Below, in pieces: positions 61,739 through 64,000 of a DNA stretch of 64,000 nt (within the stretch, counting starts at the first letter, position 1; every line of letters starts with the position of its first letter). Made by a program: the position numbers and the translations under genes. The notes beneath the pieces were generated by a model. It was not told where the DNA came from. It saw nothing but the letters and a program-made list of their open reading frames with translations, and did not search any database. The DNA is from the human T2T-CHM13v2.0 reference genome, Homo sapiens. The stretch lies in the NCBI RefSeq assembly GCF_009914755.1, contig NC_060927.1; one strand, given 5' to 3'.

Positions 61739-62633
61739 GTTTTTCTTGTATGATTCACACTGACATGCTGAAAACAGCCTCTGCCACCATGAGGCAGAAT
61801 GTCAAAGCCAAACCATCAGCATCCAAAGTATGCCATGAGGCCAGTGCATGGAGCTGAAGGAACAGCCATGTGGCCCTGTGGAAGCTGACAGCACAGCTTT
61901 CTGACCCGCTTTCTGACGCAGGTCAGAAAGGCAGAGAAAGGGCAGACAGAAAACAGCCAAGCCACCGGGACTGGTAATCCACACACGGCTTTTAGTTGGA
62001 TGTGAAATTCAGAGCAGGCTTTGTTTGCCTTATGCGAGAACACATGCCTCCAAGAAGGAGCCTGTGCAGACAAGCAGCTTGAGGATTGGGAAAGAACTGA
62101 CTCTGAAAAGGCATTTTCATTTGTCACGTAGGTGTCACATGTGGGGGAACCACTCAAGACCCATGTTTTTCGTCATCCCTCTTTTTGCAGGTAGTGCTCA
62201 GATAGCCCTCCCTGCACTCTGTCTTTTTTGGATTACTTTCCTTAGAACATTGCTCTCTGCACGTTCACGTCCAATTATTGTTAATCCAGTCACTGGGGTG
62301 ATAGAGTGAGTGTGTGAGGCATTATCTGCTCCCATGAGTTTGCTTACTGGTGTCCTGTTACCTTTTTTTTTTTAATGCTATATCCAGAATTTGGAGCTTA
62401 TAAAGCAAGCACAAGTTAGGGGTTGGTTTGTTCTCTCTACCTTAAATCTCAAGATCAGCAGTTTTTGAAATGACCTCATGCTCGTGGTTTCCAAACCTGC
62501 ACTGGACTTCTCTGGCGATTTGTGAACAGGAGGGACATGCCCAGTTTGTGACAGGAAGTGATGTGACTCCAGGCTCTGCAAAAGATTCCTTCAGGTCTGG
62601 TGACCTGGAGACTGTAGCGTTTTCGTGGCCTGA

Positions 62634-62980
<347 letters not shown>

Positions 62981-64000
62981 CCTGCGATCTGACTCCTTGT
63001 ACCTGCCCCATCTTAGCTCCGACTCTGCCCTCAGGAGCTGGTCAGTCTGCTCTCTCTGGATGAAAACTGCCCAATGATTATGGAAGGCAGTCGTGCCCAC
63101 CCCATCCCTAACCTGTCTTTTCTGTTTCAAGATGAATAGCTCAATTCCTCCAACCCTTCCTCTAGGACATGGTTTTAAGTCTCTGCCCTGTCATCTGATC
63201 TGCAGCAATGACTTGTTTCTCGTCCAGACACCTCATCTCCTTCCCTAGCCTCTTCTCTTCCTCCTCCTCTCCTCTGGGTAGCCCTGAAGCCACTCCTGGA
63301 GGGGCCCTTGGATCTCTGAAGGAAGGCCAGGTGGGCTACACTGAATAACAACCTAACTACTACCCCTCAACCTCACCCCCACCCCAGGAAAAGTAAGTCT
63401 TTTTCTAACGATCCACCAGATTAGGGTTACATTTAACAGTAACTAGAAAGGTTAATTTTAACCTTAATCAGAAAGATTAATTTCTGTCCTTTCAGTCTTC
63501 TTTCTGTGCTCATAAATAAGCATTGTTTCTTTTAATCAACCTGGGCAGTATCTTTCTCATTTTAACAGTTGTCTAGAGCTCAGTTGTCCCAGCATTTATT
63601 TCACTGGTCCCTGATGGATGGAGGGTGGTGTTGCTTCAGTGTTTGGGCAGTGCAGACGATGTTGAGATTCACATTCGGTCTCGTCTCTTTGTTGTTATAG
63701 GATAAGTTCTCAAAGGTGGGATTCCTAGATCCAAGGCTTCTGACACACACACTGCTGATTGAACCTCAGTGGCAGTGTTTGAGTGCACCTGTTCCTCACT
63801 CCCATTTCACCTTTATTCACATGTTGATTCACTCAGCATTTAGTGAGTGCCTATTATGTGCCAGGCCTTCCTTCAGTGCTGGGGCCCTTCAGCAATCAAG
63901 GCAGATAAAGATTGCTGTTGTGAGCCATGTGTGGTAGTGTGCACCTGTAGTCTTAGCTACTTGGGAGGCTGAGGTGGGAGGATTGCGTGATCCCGGAGTT

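Overview
Human (AluYb8 present) genomic DNA that I recognise as the 3p22 SLC22A14-XYLB interval. The + strand carries the last six coding exons of SLC22A14 (2702-7992, poly(A) signal at 8295). An intron-containing, inverted and degenerate copy of the last four DLEC1 exons (DLEC1P1-like) lies on the - strand at about 14930-18813. The XYLB (xylulokinase) CpG-island promoter and coding exons 1-10 follow on the + strand (36620-62787; the gene continues past the window). The rest is dense in repeats: about 30 Alus, a twin-primed 5'-inverted L1PA2/3 inside a MER30, LTR8-, MER9- and MaLR-type LTRs, hAT MITEs and old L1. I found no convincing novel multi-gene system, CRISPR array or RNA gene. The best leads are: (1) a probable 2-nt frameshift that moved a 40-codon C-terminal tail of SLC22A14 into its 3'UTR; (2) the inverted DLEC1 duplicate as a likely inversion-breakpoint or gene-conversion scar; (3) a CAG|GTAAAG recursive-splice-like junction at XYLB exon 2; (4) several readable insertion and repair scars. 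Gene and repeat names come from my recall of the sequences, not from database searches. Repeat boundaries are approximate unless target-site duplications (TSDs) are given.
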